This document shows, piece after piece, positions 46,581-58,520 of a DNA stretch of 64,000 nt (its first letter is position 1; each line of letters starts with the position of its first letter). Under the pieces are notes generated by a model. The model was not told where the DNA came from, did no database searches, and saw only the letters and a list, made by a program, of their open reading frames with translations. Position numbers and translations under genes: made by a program. Source of the DNA: an uncultured Phycisphaerales bacterium. GTDB lineage: Bacteria > Planctomycetota > Phycisphaerae > Tepidisphaerales > Tepidisphaeraceae. The stretch covers positions 4,448,001 to 4,512,000 of the forward strand of contig CAVWVQ010000003.1 of assembly GCA_963758525.1 (NCBI GenBank). The letters run 5' to 3'.

Positions 46581-48378
46581 TTATCGGTCGCTGGCTCTTC
46601 GGCGTGCGCCGGTGTCAATTGACGCCGGGCCTGCGGTCATGCCGCTGACTACGGCGATGACTGGATCGAAAGGGTCCGGCGATCGCTCCATGCAGGTCTG
46701 CGCCAGTTGCAGCAATCTCCGCGAGGGAAGATCGGCCGTTCTGTCCGACGCGCCGGAGCTGACCAGCGGAGCAAGAACCTGACATGCCTCCCGCCATTGT
46801 TTCGATTCATACAGTGCCAACGCCTTCTCGTATGCCTCACGGCGGGCGAGCCATTCGGGCTGCGCGCGCTCCCCATGAAATTCGTAGAGCATCATTGGCA
46901 CGCTCACGTCGGCGAGACGCACCTGGCCGAGCCGGCGGGTGTAGAGTGACGCCGGCAACTGCTGGCACGTGGAGGCGGTGATCAGCAGCGGGATGCCAAG
47001 CTTCTTGGTGGCGTCCTGCACCCGGCTGGCAGCGTTGACGGTGTGCCCGTGCGGGCCGTATTTGAACTTGCGCGTGCTGCCGGTATTGCCGACCTGCGCC
47101 GAACCGGAATTGATGCCGATGCCCAAAATAAGGGGACCGGTTTCGGCGGCCCAACGCTCGTTGAGTCCGGGAAGTTCGCCGATCATGCTGAGCGCGGCCT
47201 GGCAGGCGCAGAGCGCGTGGTCGCTTTGCTTCGCGGGCGCGTTCCACATCGCCATGATCCCGTCGCCGGAGTAGTCGACGATGACGCCGCCGTAGGCGAC
47301 GATCTGGTTGGACAGCGCCTCCATCATGTCGCGAATCAGCCGGCAGGTTTTCTCCGCGCCGAGGCGCTGCGAGAGGGCGGTGAAGCCGCGAAGGTCGCTG
47401 AAGAGCAGCGTGACCTCTTCGGAACGCGCTTCGAGCAGATTGGGATCACGCTCCAGTTCGCTCACCAGTTCCGGGGAGAAGAACTGCTCGAACTGAACCC
47501 GCGTGCGGACGGCGGCGGCCCGGGCCAGATTCGCGCCGACGGCGGCGGAAAGAAGCTGAACCAGTTGCGCCTCCATTGGGTCGATCCCTCGCGCCGCCAG
47601 GCCGGCGCCGCGCGACCCGTACAGAACGCCGATAATTTCGTCGTGGAGTCCGAAGACGGGCGACGCCACCGCCGCCTGCACGTCCTCCAGGCTCGCGGCC
47701 TGCTGCCGGAGTTGCTTCAGGTCCTCGAAGAATGTCTGCCGTCGCGTCGTGACATGCTTGACCAGCGTGCGGCTGTAGCGGAATTCAACGTCGTCGGCTT
47801 TTCTCGCCGTGCCGATCATGGCCCACTCATCATTTTTCAAAAGCAGTACCAATCCAAGGTCCATACCGATCAGATCGACGAGCGCGCGGGCGACGCGCGT
47901 ATAGAACTCAGAAGACCCGGCCGGCATGCGATCCAGCTCGATGACCGTGTGCATCCACTCGGCCAGCCGATCGGAAGCGGGGACGTGAAGCGTGCGGGGG
48001 ATGGGGACAAATTCCTGCGTTTCCTGAAGATGCGTCGTCGAGGCAACGGCTGAGTCGACAGGCGCATCCGCCGGCTCGATGATAAGTTTCACCTGGCCGA
48101 TTGACAGCTCAGCCGGCAGCGTCAACTCGCGCGATTGGCCCGCGCAAGGGCCCCGGATGCCACGAGACCGACGGGCATGCGCTGACTCAGATTCTCCGCT
48201 CTTAGAAGGCCGCCGCCCAGTTCCAGAATTCGCAGGTGATCCTGCGAAACCGTGGCATCGTCGATCCGGCACCGTCTGGCCTCGCGTGCGCCCTGCGCCC
48301 GAACTCCAGCGGGCCGCTCGGATGCTTGAACTCCTGACGCGGAGCACTGCCGGTGATCACCTGAACTCGCAATGCCAC
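46581..48378 (-). CDS. FHA-GAF-class III nucleotide cyclase; N-terminal FHA region frameshifted
   Basis: LEFGR..IDDATVSQDH (FHA, across frames); GAF SRTLV..VASPV; LFSDLRGFT, DYSGDG, NTGS..KYGPHGHTVNAASR. Confidence 0.85.
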
Positions 48379-48804
48379 GACTGCTTGCCTTTCATCTCCC
48401 TGCGCGAGGTGATCGTACTTTCAGCGCAGGCCGCAAACAATCAACTCTGATCGGCTGTGCGCAATCCCGCCCGGTCCGGAGATCCGGGTAATGCAGAACA
48501 CGAATCAACACGAATTCGCACGAATCTTCACGAAGCAGATTGCAATGATTTGGATGCCAGCGGAGGTCGGCTCCCCAGTAGCACAGCCGTCCGGGCTGTG
48601 ATTCCACGGCCACAGCCGAGACGGCGCCGAGACGGCCGTGCTACCTGATCGCGTGACTCGAAGTTTTAGAATTGATCGAGTTATTCAAGCGTAAGCACTT
48701 GGCGGCAGGGCGCCGGCGCGAGCGTCGTCGAATAGCGTGGGCTCGGGAACAGGCCCAGGTGGAATCTTTGAATCTTCGGTCTCGGTCCATAGGATCGCGA
48801 TCCG

Positions 48805-51800
48805 GTGAAACACGTAAATCGGCCGTTTCTTCGATATCTGTTCCCGGCCCGGGCCGCAAAGCTGGCGATCCTCTGGGCGGCCGGGGTGGCCGCGGCCGCA
48901 TTGTCGCTGGTGATGCCGTTCGTGATCGGACGGCTCACCCATCTTTGCAGCGTTGGCGGGAAGGGGAATGCGCCGCATGTGGACATGGGCGTCGTCACCA
49001 AATGGATCCTGATCCTGTTCGGTTCGCAACTGGCGTTTGCAGGGGTCAACTACTGGAGAAAATGGATTGAGGGCCGCCTGCAGGAGGAGGTGGCGCGGCA
49101 TCTCATGCTCGACACATTCGCGCGGGTCGTCCGCTTTTCGGCCGATTTTTTTCGCGACCGGGAAGTGGAGAAAATCAATTCGCGCGTGCTGGATGACGCC
49201 AACGCGGTGGGACGTGTGCTGGTGAACGCGGCGGTCACCGCGCCGGTGGCGGTGATGAGCATGGTCATCTTCGGCGCGGTGATGATGTCGCACAATTTGT
49301 TCCTCGGCGCCTGCATGATCCCGCTCGCGCTGCTCAGCCGCTATTACACGTTTTTTGATCCAACGGTGCAGCGGATCAGCAAACGGACGCGTGAGGTGTG
49401 GGACACCATCCGCGCACAGGGGAGCGAAGTGGTGACCCTGACGCCGGAATTGCGGGGACATTACGCGTTTGACTATGGCCTGGCAGGTCTGAAGCGATCC
49501 TTCGATCGCTATCGAGTCGTGCTGCAGGACATGGCGCAAATTCAGGCGTTGTTCCAGGCAATCACGCCGCTGGTGGGTGTCGTGCAGTACGGCACGCTCT
49601 TCTGGCTGGGGGCGGCACTCTGCTCCGACCATTCGGCGCTCCTGAAGATCGCGCGGCCGATGGACTGGGGCGGCGTGATCGAATTCATGCTGATCGTGCA
49701 GCTCTTTCAGAAGCCGTCAATGGAACTGGGGCTGTTTCTCATCGAATGGCGGATGACGCGGGAGAATGTGCGGCGAGTGGCCGAATATTTCGAGCAGCCG
49801 CTGGTGTTCGATCGCGCCAAGGCGAGCCTGCCGTTGCCGGACAGATCTGACGTGGCGTATGACGACGTGAGCGTCTGGACCGGCTCCGGGTCGAAGATTC
49901 TCAACGGTGTGAAGCTGACGATTGCTGCAGGCGAGCACGTCGCGTTTTGCGGTCCGGCAGGATGCGGCAAGACGACCGCGATGCAACTGGTGGTGCGCGG
50001 GGTTGAACCCTCGTCGGGACGGCTGCGGCTCGCGGGGCAGGGCATCGACGAATACGACATTCTGCGGATCGCTCAACGTGTTGCGTTTGTCGCGCAGAAG
50101 CCGCTGCTGATGGATGCGAGTCTTCGCAACAACATCCTGCTGGGATTGCGTCGGGAGACAGAAGGGTGCTTGCATGATGACGACGGGCCGCTTGATGTCT
50201 CGCGTTTGTCGGGCGCGAAGGACGCGGCCGGCCTCGATGCTGAGCTGCTGCGGATCATCCGGCTGGTAGCCCTGGAAGACGACGTGCTTCGCAAATGCCT
50301 GGATAACCCCGCGCCGGCCGGCACTCATGCCGACGCACTTGGGTCGCACGGAAGCGCGCTGAAAAAAGCGGTCGCCGAAGCGCTGGGGAACGCCGGCAGC
50401 GCCGAGATGATCGCATTCGACGTCGACGGGTGGATTCCCGGAACGCTGCGCGACAATCTGCTGGGGCCCGGGGCCGCTGCGGACGACGACTGGCGGGCGA
50501 TGAACGTGCTGGCCGGGGATGATTTTCTCGAAGAGCTCATTCACCTCGGAACCCGGCGGCTTCGCGCGGAACGGTTGCTGGCCGTCAAAGTGGCTCAGCA
50601 GGCGCCGGCGCTGCTGCAGTTTCTTCCGACCTATCTCGACGCCGGCGGACGCGTGGAAATGGAGGATCTTTCGTCCGCGAAAGTGGGCGAACTCTCGCTG
50701 TCGGTGCGGCAGACGTTGCTGGGCGTCGCGCTAGGCGTCGATGCGGAAGTCGCGCTCTCGCACCTCCGCGACGAGACGGCGTCGGCTCCATTCCGAGACC
50801 GGGCGATCGCTGCGCAAAACGCTCATCGCCGGTGAGGCAGTCTTCCGGCAGCGGTGGGATGACTTGATGTCGCGCCGTGACGTGGAAGGGCTGCCGGTTC
50901 GGGAAAATCTGCTGGGAGGTCGTGTGAACGCGCGCGTGCTCGGCGCGGCGGAGCGAGTCGATGCGGTGCTGCGCCGGGTTCTGGAACAATCGGGGCTGTT
51001 GCCGGCTGCGCTGCTGATGGGACTCGAATTTCGCGTCGGAGAAGGAGGCAAGTACCTGTCCGGCGGCCAACGGCAGAAGGTGAGCATCGCGCGGGCCATC
51101 GTCAAGAATCCGAGCATCCTCCTGATGGACGAGGCAACCGCGAGCCTCGATGAGTCGTCGCAGGCCAGGGTGGTGGAAATGATCCGCGACGGATTCAAGG
51201 GCAAAACCGTCGTTTCGATCTCGCACCGTCTCTCGACCATCCGCGACTTCGACAAGGTGGTGGTGCTGGACCGCGGTGAAATCGCCCAGTCTGGAACGTA
51301 TCAGGATCTTGCGGTGGCCGACGGCGTCTTCCGTGAGCTGGTCAATCAGGAGCGCGGAATTGCGTCCCAGCCGGGGGCGAAGCAGACGACGGCAGCGCCC
51401 TCGCTGCAAGATCTGCAGCGGCAACTGGCGCTCAGCGACGTCTTCGGCTCGATGAACGAGGAGCAATTGACGTTTCTCGCCCGCGCCGCGCGCGTCGTGG
51501 ACTGCCGGCCCGGCGAGGTGCTGTTCCGCCGGGGGGACAGCGGCGCGGAGCTCTATCTCATTCTGGAAGGAAGCATGGCTTTCTCCACGGATCGTCCGGC
51601 GGCCTCCGAGGGTGAAGCAGCGTCAGACGCTCATCCGCCGGAACCTCCAACTGTCGTTGCCACCTACGGCCCGGGAAGGGTCTTCGGGGAGTTGGCGCTG
51701 TTCGGCCACGGCTTAAGAACATTGACGGCCCGCGCCGGCGCCGCGACCCGCCTGATGGCCCTGGGCCGGGAAGATCTCATTCGCCTGATGACCGCGGATC

Positions 51801-51916
51801 ATCACATCGCCATCGGGCTGCTCAGCGCGATCTCAAGGCGCATGATTGAGGCTGACGAACGCCGATTTGCGGTTCCGCAGTCAAGCTCGGCGCGGCCCGC
51901 GCCGTCATCGCAGTAG
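48805..51916 (+). CDS. Type IV ABC exporter with split NBD (large insertion) and C-terminal cNMP-binding domain; frameshift near 50815
   Basis: TMD; GPAGCGKT; about 300 aa later LSGGQRQKVSIARA, MDEATASLD, ISHRL; LFRRGD..LYLILEG, FGELALF..RT. Confidence 0.85.
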
Positions 51917-51964
51917 AAGCAGCGGCGCCATGATCCTCGCGCCATCTTCGCAGTCGAAGCATTT

Positions 51965-51998
51965 CAGAAGCCTCGGATGTACATCCGAGGCACCGTAA
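51965..51998. repeat. Palindrome cagaagcc.cggatgtacatccg.ggc..cgtaa, copy 1
   Basis: Direct-orientation copy at 53570-53604. Confidence 0.8.
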
Positions 51999-52056
51999 GC
52001 GCGCAATATGTTGTCGATCAACAACTTGCGAAAATTATCGCGGGCGCAATTTCGTC

Positions 52057-52140
52057 TGTAAGGGTTAGACAACCCCTCCGTAACACCGGGTGAGAAGCAG
52101 ATCGCTTCTCACGCTGAAGGAAACAGCGAACAGTTTCCAA
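52057..52140 (+). promoter_or_regulatory. Candidate ECF-type promoter (TGTAAG-N16-CGTA) plus conserved two-hairpin 5' leader, copy 1
   Basis: Boxes and spacing are conserved with 52939-53021 while the spacer sequence differs. Confidence 0.65.
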
Positions 52141-52166
52141 AAGACACGGTGCCAGGGAGCGAAATC

Positions 52167-52439
52167 ATGTTTACCAGCCTGCACAATCGAATCACGAAAA
52201 TTCTGGTCGTCGCCATCGGACCGGCCTGCCTCGGCCTGCTGCTGATGAGCCACAGGTTTGCAACAGTGGACGCGCAAGTCGACAGCTTCCAGGACAGCGG
52301 ATCGGCCAACAGCGTGGCCGCTTCCGAAAGCGCCGCCAACGATGACGGCCCGGGACTTGGCGGCGGGTATGCCTCGATCGATCCCGGCCCCATCGCTCTC
52401 GATGGTCCCGGCGGCAGCACCCCGTATCTCATCTTTTAA
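52167..52439 (+). CDS. Secreted 90-aa peptide precursor-like protein with DGPG..Y repeats
   Basis: GGAG RBS; hydrophobic N-terminus; DDGPGLGGGYAS and DGPGGSTPY; paralog of 53067..53459. Confidence 0.75.
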   Translation: MFTSLHNRITKILVVAIGPACLGLLLMSHRFATVDAQVDSFQDSGSANSVAASESAANDDGPGLGGGYASIDPGPIALDGPGGSTPYLIF

Positions 52440-52646
52440 GTGGGTGCCGAGAAGCGGATGACCCAGCAACTCAACAATCCAACAACGTCGCCATACACAC
52501 CACTCCGCTCTGGCGGAGTGGTGTGTTTGCGCATCACCAACAATCGGCGATACGAATCGGCGGGTCCAACATCCAAACACGCGGTCGCTTATTTGACACG
52601 CTGGACCATGTCCTGGGTGCGGGAGACTTTCGGCAGGCTCTCTTTT

Positions 52647-52777
52647 CCCCTCCCCTGGTACTCCGAGGGAGGGTTAGGGTGGGGGCCCGGCTGTGTAAGG
52701 GCGCGGAGAGCCGATGGAGCGCTTGCGTACAACACAGCCCCCACCCCAGCCCTCCCCCGGAGTACCAGGGGAGGGGG
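52647..52777. repeat. Inverted pair of REP-like family A
   Basis: cccctcccctggtactccgagggagggttagggtgggg ... ccccaccccagccctcccccggagtaccaggggagggg. Confidence 0.85.
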
Positions 52778-52938
52778 AAAGACCAGCGTTGCTGAAAGTG
52801 TCACGCACCCTTGTCTTCCCCACGTCCTTTCGAGCAGAAAGAGAGATTGCCGCGACGAAACTCAAAAAATGCAAAAAAACACCCTTGATCCCGAAGCGGC
52901 AAGCCGGGGAACCCGCTCCGGAATTTCTTGAATTGATC

Positions 52939-53021
52939 TGTAAGGCTTGGTGATCGGCCGCGTAGCACCGGGTGAGAAGCAGATCGCTTCCGACGCCCAC
53001 GGAAACGGCGAAAAGTTTCCA
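52939..53021 (+). promoter_or_regulatory. Candidate ECF-type promoter plus conserved leader, copy 2
   Basis: tgtaag-N16-cgtagc accgggtgagaagcagatcgcttc...ggaaacggcgaaaagtttcc. Confidence 0.65.
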
Positions 53022-53066
53022 GCAATCGAACGGGTTCTTCAAACCCGAAATACCAAGGAGCCTCTC

Positions 53067-53459
53067 ATGTTTTCCATCCTGAGCAATCGCATCCATCGCG
53101 TTTTGGCCGCTGCCGTCGTACCGGCCGGCCTCGGACTGGTTCTGGTGGGCAACGGTTTCGCGCAGGCCCATTCGCAACTCGACGCTTTCCACGCTGACGG
53201 CCCCGGCGGTTCGGGCTACTGCCTGACAGCACATCTCGCCGCCGACGACGATGGCCCCGGCCTCGGCGGCGGGTATGCGTCGCTCGTTCGCAAGCCCCCG
53301 GTTGCCCGTGATGACGATGGCCCGGGTCTGGGCGGCGGATATGCCGCTTCCCTCCGTTTGAGCCATGAGATCGTGGCGGACAGCGGTCCCGGCAACGACG
53401 GTTACGGCAAGCCTATGTCCGACGGTCCCGGGAGCAACGTGCCATACGCTCTTGCTTGA
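53067..53459 (+). CDS. Secreted 130-aa multi-core peptide precursor-like protein (five GPG..Y units)
   Basis: AAGGAG RBS; signal-like N-terminus ending AQA; DGPGGSGY, DDDGPGLGGGY x2, DSGPGNDGY, DGPGSNVPY. Confidence 0.78.
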   Translation: MFSILSNRIHRVLAAAVVPAGLGLVLVGNGFAQAHSQLDAFHADGPGGSGYCLTAHLAADDDGPGLGGGYASLVRKPPVARDDDGPGLGGGYAASLRLSHEIVADSGPGNDGYGKPMSDGPGSNVPYALA

Positions 53460-53569
53460 ACGACCTTCGCCAAGCTTCAATCTCGCAGTCACAGACAACT
53501 CCGCCCTCGGCGGAGTTGTCTTGATGCGCGACTGCGTCATCCCTCGTTCAAGCGCAGCCGATGAGCGCA

Positions 53570-53604
53570 CAGAAGCCGCGGATGTACATCCGCGGCTCCC
53601 GTAA
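53570..53604. repeat. Palindrome copy 2
   Basis: cagaagccgcggatgtacatccgcggctcccgtaa. Confidence 0.8.
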
Positions 53605-53675
53605 TGCCTGAGCGGGTGATCCAACGCGGATCGGCGTCGGCGACGCCGACTACATGAGAATCGGCCGCTGATGGT

Positions 53676-56600
53676 TTAGTTCGGATTGCCGAGATAAATG
53701 AACGGGGCCCAGAAGAACGGCTCGGGATATTCTTGGCGGAGCTGCTTTCGCGCGGCGGTGAACGCGGCAAGCTTCGATGGACAACCGGGAGACTGCAGAT
53801 TGCGATAGAAATCCTCCATCAGCCTGGCGGTGCTCTCATCCTGCACTTCCCACTCACTGGCGACGACCGCCGGACAACCGGCGTACCAGAAGCCCCAGGG
53901 AAGGCCGAAGACGCCTTCATCGGTGACGGCGTTGCCTTTGCCGCTATCAATTCCCTGAGAATCGCAGGCGCTGAGCACCACCAGCTCCGTGCCGGAAAGC
54001 TTGCCGCCCCAATGATCAAACAAATCCTCCAGCGTCAGCAGCCCGGTATCCTGTGCGGTGACCACCCGCGGCTGGGTCAGGATAATGCTGCTGTAAATCG
54101 CGTCCTGTCCGGACCTGGCCAGGCCGTGCGTGGCCAGGTGAAGATACCGCGTCCCGACTGCGGCCTCCGCCAGTCGCTTTGCGGTGGCGTCTTCGCCCAA
54201 GAGGACCAGGACCGAATCGTCGTGCCCGGGGGAATATCCGCGGCCCGTGAGCTTCTCGTAGATTCCCATGATTTCTTTGCGCGTTCCGGGAAGCGGCGAG
54301 AGCGCGCCATAGCCGCCGAGGCCGGCATTTCTGGTCTGGCCTGACGGCGCTGCAGACCGACCCAGGTCTCTGGCTTCCCGCTGCAGCACCGGGTCGCCCA
54401 ACAGAACGGCCTGGTGCGTGTAATGCTTCGGCGCGCTGGAGGCCGGTGGCGCGCAGAGCTTGAGCAGCGCGGTGGCGGAAGCGCCGTAACAAATCGCCGG
54501 CCCCTGATCGAGCCAGTAACGGCAATCTTTTGCATCGGGGCTGGCGGGGTTCTGGACGATCAAGGTTTCCAGCGGCAATCCGTTCATCCCCGCATCGGGA
54601 ACGACATAAATCAACTGGTCGTCCTGGATCTGTTGCCAGATCGACGAAGGCATGAGCCGGGACCAGAGTTCGTACCCCTTGCGGGTCATGTCGTCAGCCG
54701 GGGCTTTGGTTGCACCGTCTTCGACGAGCTTTGCCCCGCGCGTGAATGTCTGGTTGTGCGCAACCACCGACTGCTGATAGTCCACGATGCGCCGCTCCAG
54801 GGCCGTGCCGGACAACACGGTTTTGCCATCCGGCTCGGTCAGCAGCGCGCCGGTGATGGGCTGGCCGGCGGGAGGGATCAGGATGACCATGATGTCGCGA
54901 TCGGTAATCGAATACATCAGCAGATGCTGGCGCGGCTTCAGAAGCGCCTGCATCTGCAACGCCGATGCAGGCTCTGCAAACGTCGTTGCGCCGGCGACAT
55001 TGAACAATCGGCGATGCGCGGCGGCGTAGCGCGCGCAGGCGTCATCCAGCTTCGGCTGCAGCAGATCGATCTGAGAATTGCCATCGTCATTGTTCAAGGA
55101 GCGCGCGAAATTGATCTGCGAGGTGAGCTCGCGAACCTGTTCATCGGCATCGGATGTCGCCTTACCGGCCTGCTCGAGCTGCGCCAGCAGTTGCGTATCG
55201 TGGGCTTCCCGCGCCTGCGCTTCGAGCGGCGCCAGCAGATCTCCGCCGTTGCGGCGTTCGGCGCGCTCCAGGACATCCAGAAGACTTCGAGCCCGTCCGC
55301 GATCGAGGTACTCCGCAGCCCGGTCCGGATGCCCCAGCATCAGCTCCACCCGCACGATCGCCACGGGTGCGTCGCAGTCGTCCTGCGCATCGATGAACTT
55401 CATCCGATCCTGGTCGTCGCCACCCAGAATCGCCCGGGCCCGCTCGAAAGCGCCGATCGATTTCTCGTACGCAGCCTCGGCGTCTGCGAGTTGGTTCAGC
55501 GCCAGCAGGCAATCTCCCAGATTCGAGCAGTAGCGATAGAGATCGGGATCGCTCAGACGCTCGGCAAGTGCCACAGCCTTCTGGAACATCGGCAGCGCCT
55601 CCTGCTTTTTTCCCAGCGCGGAGAGACACGAGCCGAGTTTTGCCATGTTCCACGCGACAATCGGATGGTCGCGGCCCTTATAGATGCGCTCCTGCATTTG
55701 GAGCGCTTCGCGGCAGAAGGGAAGCGCCTCGCCAGGATGGTCCAGCGACATGAGACATCCGCCAAGCAGAGCGAGATTGATCGCAATATCCGGACGATCC
55801 TGATTCCCGCTCAACCGGCGGCGCATCGCCAATGCCGCCTGATACATCGGCAGCGCCTCGGCCGATCGCCCCAGATTATCCAGCGAGAGCGCCACGTTGC
55901 TCGTGGCAGTCGCAACATCCGGATGGTCCTGGTCCTTGTAGAGGCGCTTCCACATTTCCAGCGCCGACTGCTGGGTCGACAGCGCGTCGGCGAAGCGGCC
56001 GAGAGACGTGAAACAGGAAGCCTCGTTGTTGAGGGACTCGGCGATGTCGGGGTGATCCATGCCGTTGTACATCCGCCGTCTCATTTCCAGTGCCGCTTGA
56101 TGATCGGGCAACGCCTCGGCGCAGCGTCCCAAATCGTCGAGGCAACTGGCGATGTTCGCCAGAGCGGTCGCCACGTCCGGGGAGTCCTGACCCTTGTGGA
56201 TGCGGTCGAGCATATCGTGCGACAACTGGAAGTCGGCCAGCGCTTCCTGATGGCGGCCCAGAAATGCCAGGCAGGTCGCCAGATCGTTCAACGATGAGGC
56301 AACATCGGTATCGTCCTTCCCCTGGTAGATCCGCCGGCGCATCTCCAGCGCCGCCTGAAACATCGGCAGCGCTTCGTTGCCGCGTCCCAGCGACTCCATG
56401 CACCCAGCGACATTGTCCATCACCACGGCGAGGTCGGCGCTGTCCTGGTTCTTGAAAATCCGGCGAGTCGATTCCAGTGCAGACTGATATACAACCAGCG
56501 CATCGGAGTCGCGTCCCAGCGCGCTGAGACACTTGGCGAGGTTGTTCATGCTCGCCACTACATCGATCTGATCGTCCTGCTGATAGATGCGCCGGCGCAT

Positions 56601-57802
56601 CTCCAGCGTCGCCTGGAAGACCTTGAGCGCTTCGTCGTAGCGCCCAGCGCGAAGAGGCAGAACGCAACGCTATTCTGGGTCGTGGCCACATCGGCGTCGT
56701 CCGCCCCTTTGTTCAGTCGCTGCTTCATCTGTAGTGCGGCCTGGAGGTTGGTCAGCGCATCCGCCGGCCGGCCCAGATCCTGCAGGCACCCGCCCAGGTT
56801 GCAGTAGGCCTCGGCGACGTCCGCGTCGTCCTGCCCCTTGTGCATCCGCCCGCGCATTTCCAAAGCCTTCTGGTAGAGCGGCAAGGCGTCCTCGTTACGG
56901 TCGAGGGCCGCCAGGCGCCGGGCGACGCTGGTCATGCTCCAGGCGACGTCTGGCGAATCCTCACCCTTTGCCAGGCGCTGGCGCATCTCCAGCGCGGCTT
57001 GGTCGAGCGGTAATGCCTCGTCGTTGCGGCCCAGATTCGCCAGGCAATTGGCCAGATTTGCCATCGCGGTCGCCAGATCCTCGTCGTCCTCGTTCTTGTG
57101 AAGGCGCAGGCAGATCTCGGTTGCCCGTTTGAACTTCGGAAGGGCGTCCGCATCGCGACCAAGTTGTGCCAGCGCAAATCCCTCGCCCGTGAGGCAGGCG
57201 GCGGCTTCGGTTGTTTCACCGGTTCCCTGTGCTTTCAGATAGATCTCGGATGCCGACTGATATTTCGCCAGGGCATCTTCCGGTTTGCCGGCAGACCGGT
57301 CGTCCAACGCGGCTGAGAGAAGTTCGTTGGCATGCGCAAGCGGGTCCGAAGCCGGAGCCGAGGCTGGCGCGGTGGTCGATTGATCTGCTAAAGCGATCGA
57401 CGGATTCCATGCCGCGACGCAGATGCACGCGATCGTGCAAAGGAGTCCGCTTACGACTGACCTGCGGAGGCGATTCGCGGAACCGCCTCGGGTCCCTTCT
57501 CCCGGTACTCCCGGAGAGGGATAGGGTGAGGGTGTTTTCGAGCACCGGGGACGCTCAGAATTCCAAATCACCCTCACCCCAACCCTCTCCCGGGGTACCG
57601 GGAGAGGGGGCTGGAAGGCGACTCGCTGCGATGGGGCGTGATACCTGCACGACCTCGCAAGGTCAGCAACTGCCGCAATGTCTTTCCAGCGAATCATGAT
57701 TATCAGTAACGCGGAATTCATCCCGTTGTTTTTATGCCGCAACATTTCGCCACGTCGCGCGGGATGAATCCCGCGCCACGCGGCGATCTCAATTCGGATC
57801 AC
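53676..57802 (-). CDS. Signal-peptide TPR-CHAT (caspase-like) protease X; frameshift near 56640; start uncertain
   Basis: LLCTIACICVAAWNPSIALA signal; many ~43-aa TPRs (ALPMYQAALEMRRR..DHPD); YLHLATHG, LVVLSACDS, ASEWEVQD, FWAPFIYLG. Confidence 0.88.
57495..57609. repeat. Inverted pair of REP-like family A in the 5' region of CHAT gene X
   Basis: ccttctcccggtactcccggagagggatagggtgaggg ... ccctcaccccaaccctctcccggggtaccgggagaggg. Confidence 0.85.
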
Positions 57803-58520
57803 CCAGATAGATGAACGGCGCCCAGAAAAACGGCTCGGGGTAATCCAGCTTCAACTGCTTGCGGGCGGCGGTGAACGCCGAGAGCTTGTTGGTTCCCGGC
57901 GCGGCCCGCAGATCGGCGTAAAACTTTTGCATCAACTCGGCAGTGCTCGCATCCTGCACTTCCCACAAACTGGCGACCACCGCGGGACTGCCGGCGTACA
58001 TGAATCCCCAGGGCAATCCGAAGACGCCTTCGCCGCCGCGGGCGTTGGTTCCCTGGGCGTCGAGCCCCTGCGAATCGCAGGCGCTGAGCACCACGAGTTC
58101 GGTTCCGTCCAACCGGCCCCACCAGTGATCGAACAAATCCTGCAGCGTGAGCAGGCCGGTATCCTGCGGCGTGATGACCAGCGGTTGGCTCAAGACGACG
58201 CTGCTGTAGATCGCGTTGGCGCCCGGCTCCACCAGGCCGTGGGTGGCCAGGTGGAGGTAACGCGTTCCCTTTGCAGCCTCGGCGAGGCGCTGACCGGTGG
58301 CGTCTTCGCCCAGGAGCACCATCACCGGATCGTCGGCGTGCTGCGCGTAGGCCTTGCCGGTGAGCACCTGGTAAATCCCCTGCACTTCCCGGCGGGTGCC
58401 GGGAAGGGGAGTCAGCGCGCCGTAGCGCGTGAGGCTCGCGTCGCGCAGCGCGACCGAACTCGGCTCTGGTTTTTGCGGAGACGGCGTCAGTTGCGCCGCC
58501 AACTCCGGAGTCATGTCTTT
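57782..58520. repeat. About 740-bp near-identical duplication of the CHAT catalytic 3' end (copy at 61772-62510)
   Basis: Offset 3990; about a dozen mismatches by eye; encoded protein identical from ELAAQLTPSP to the stop. Confidence 0.92.

Noticed and set aside
53230..53350. Repeated gacgatggcccgg..ct.ggcggcgg.tatgc units as a CRISPR array
   Set aside because: Only two or three copies, differing at synonymous third positions and in frame within an ORF; no cas genes
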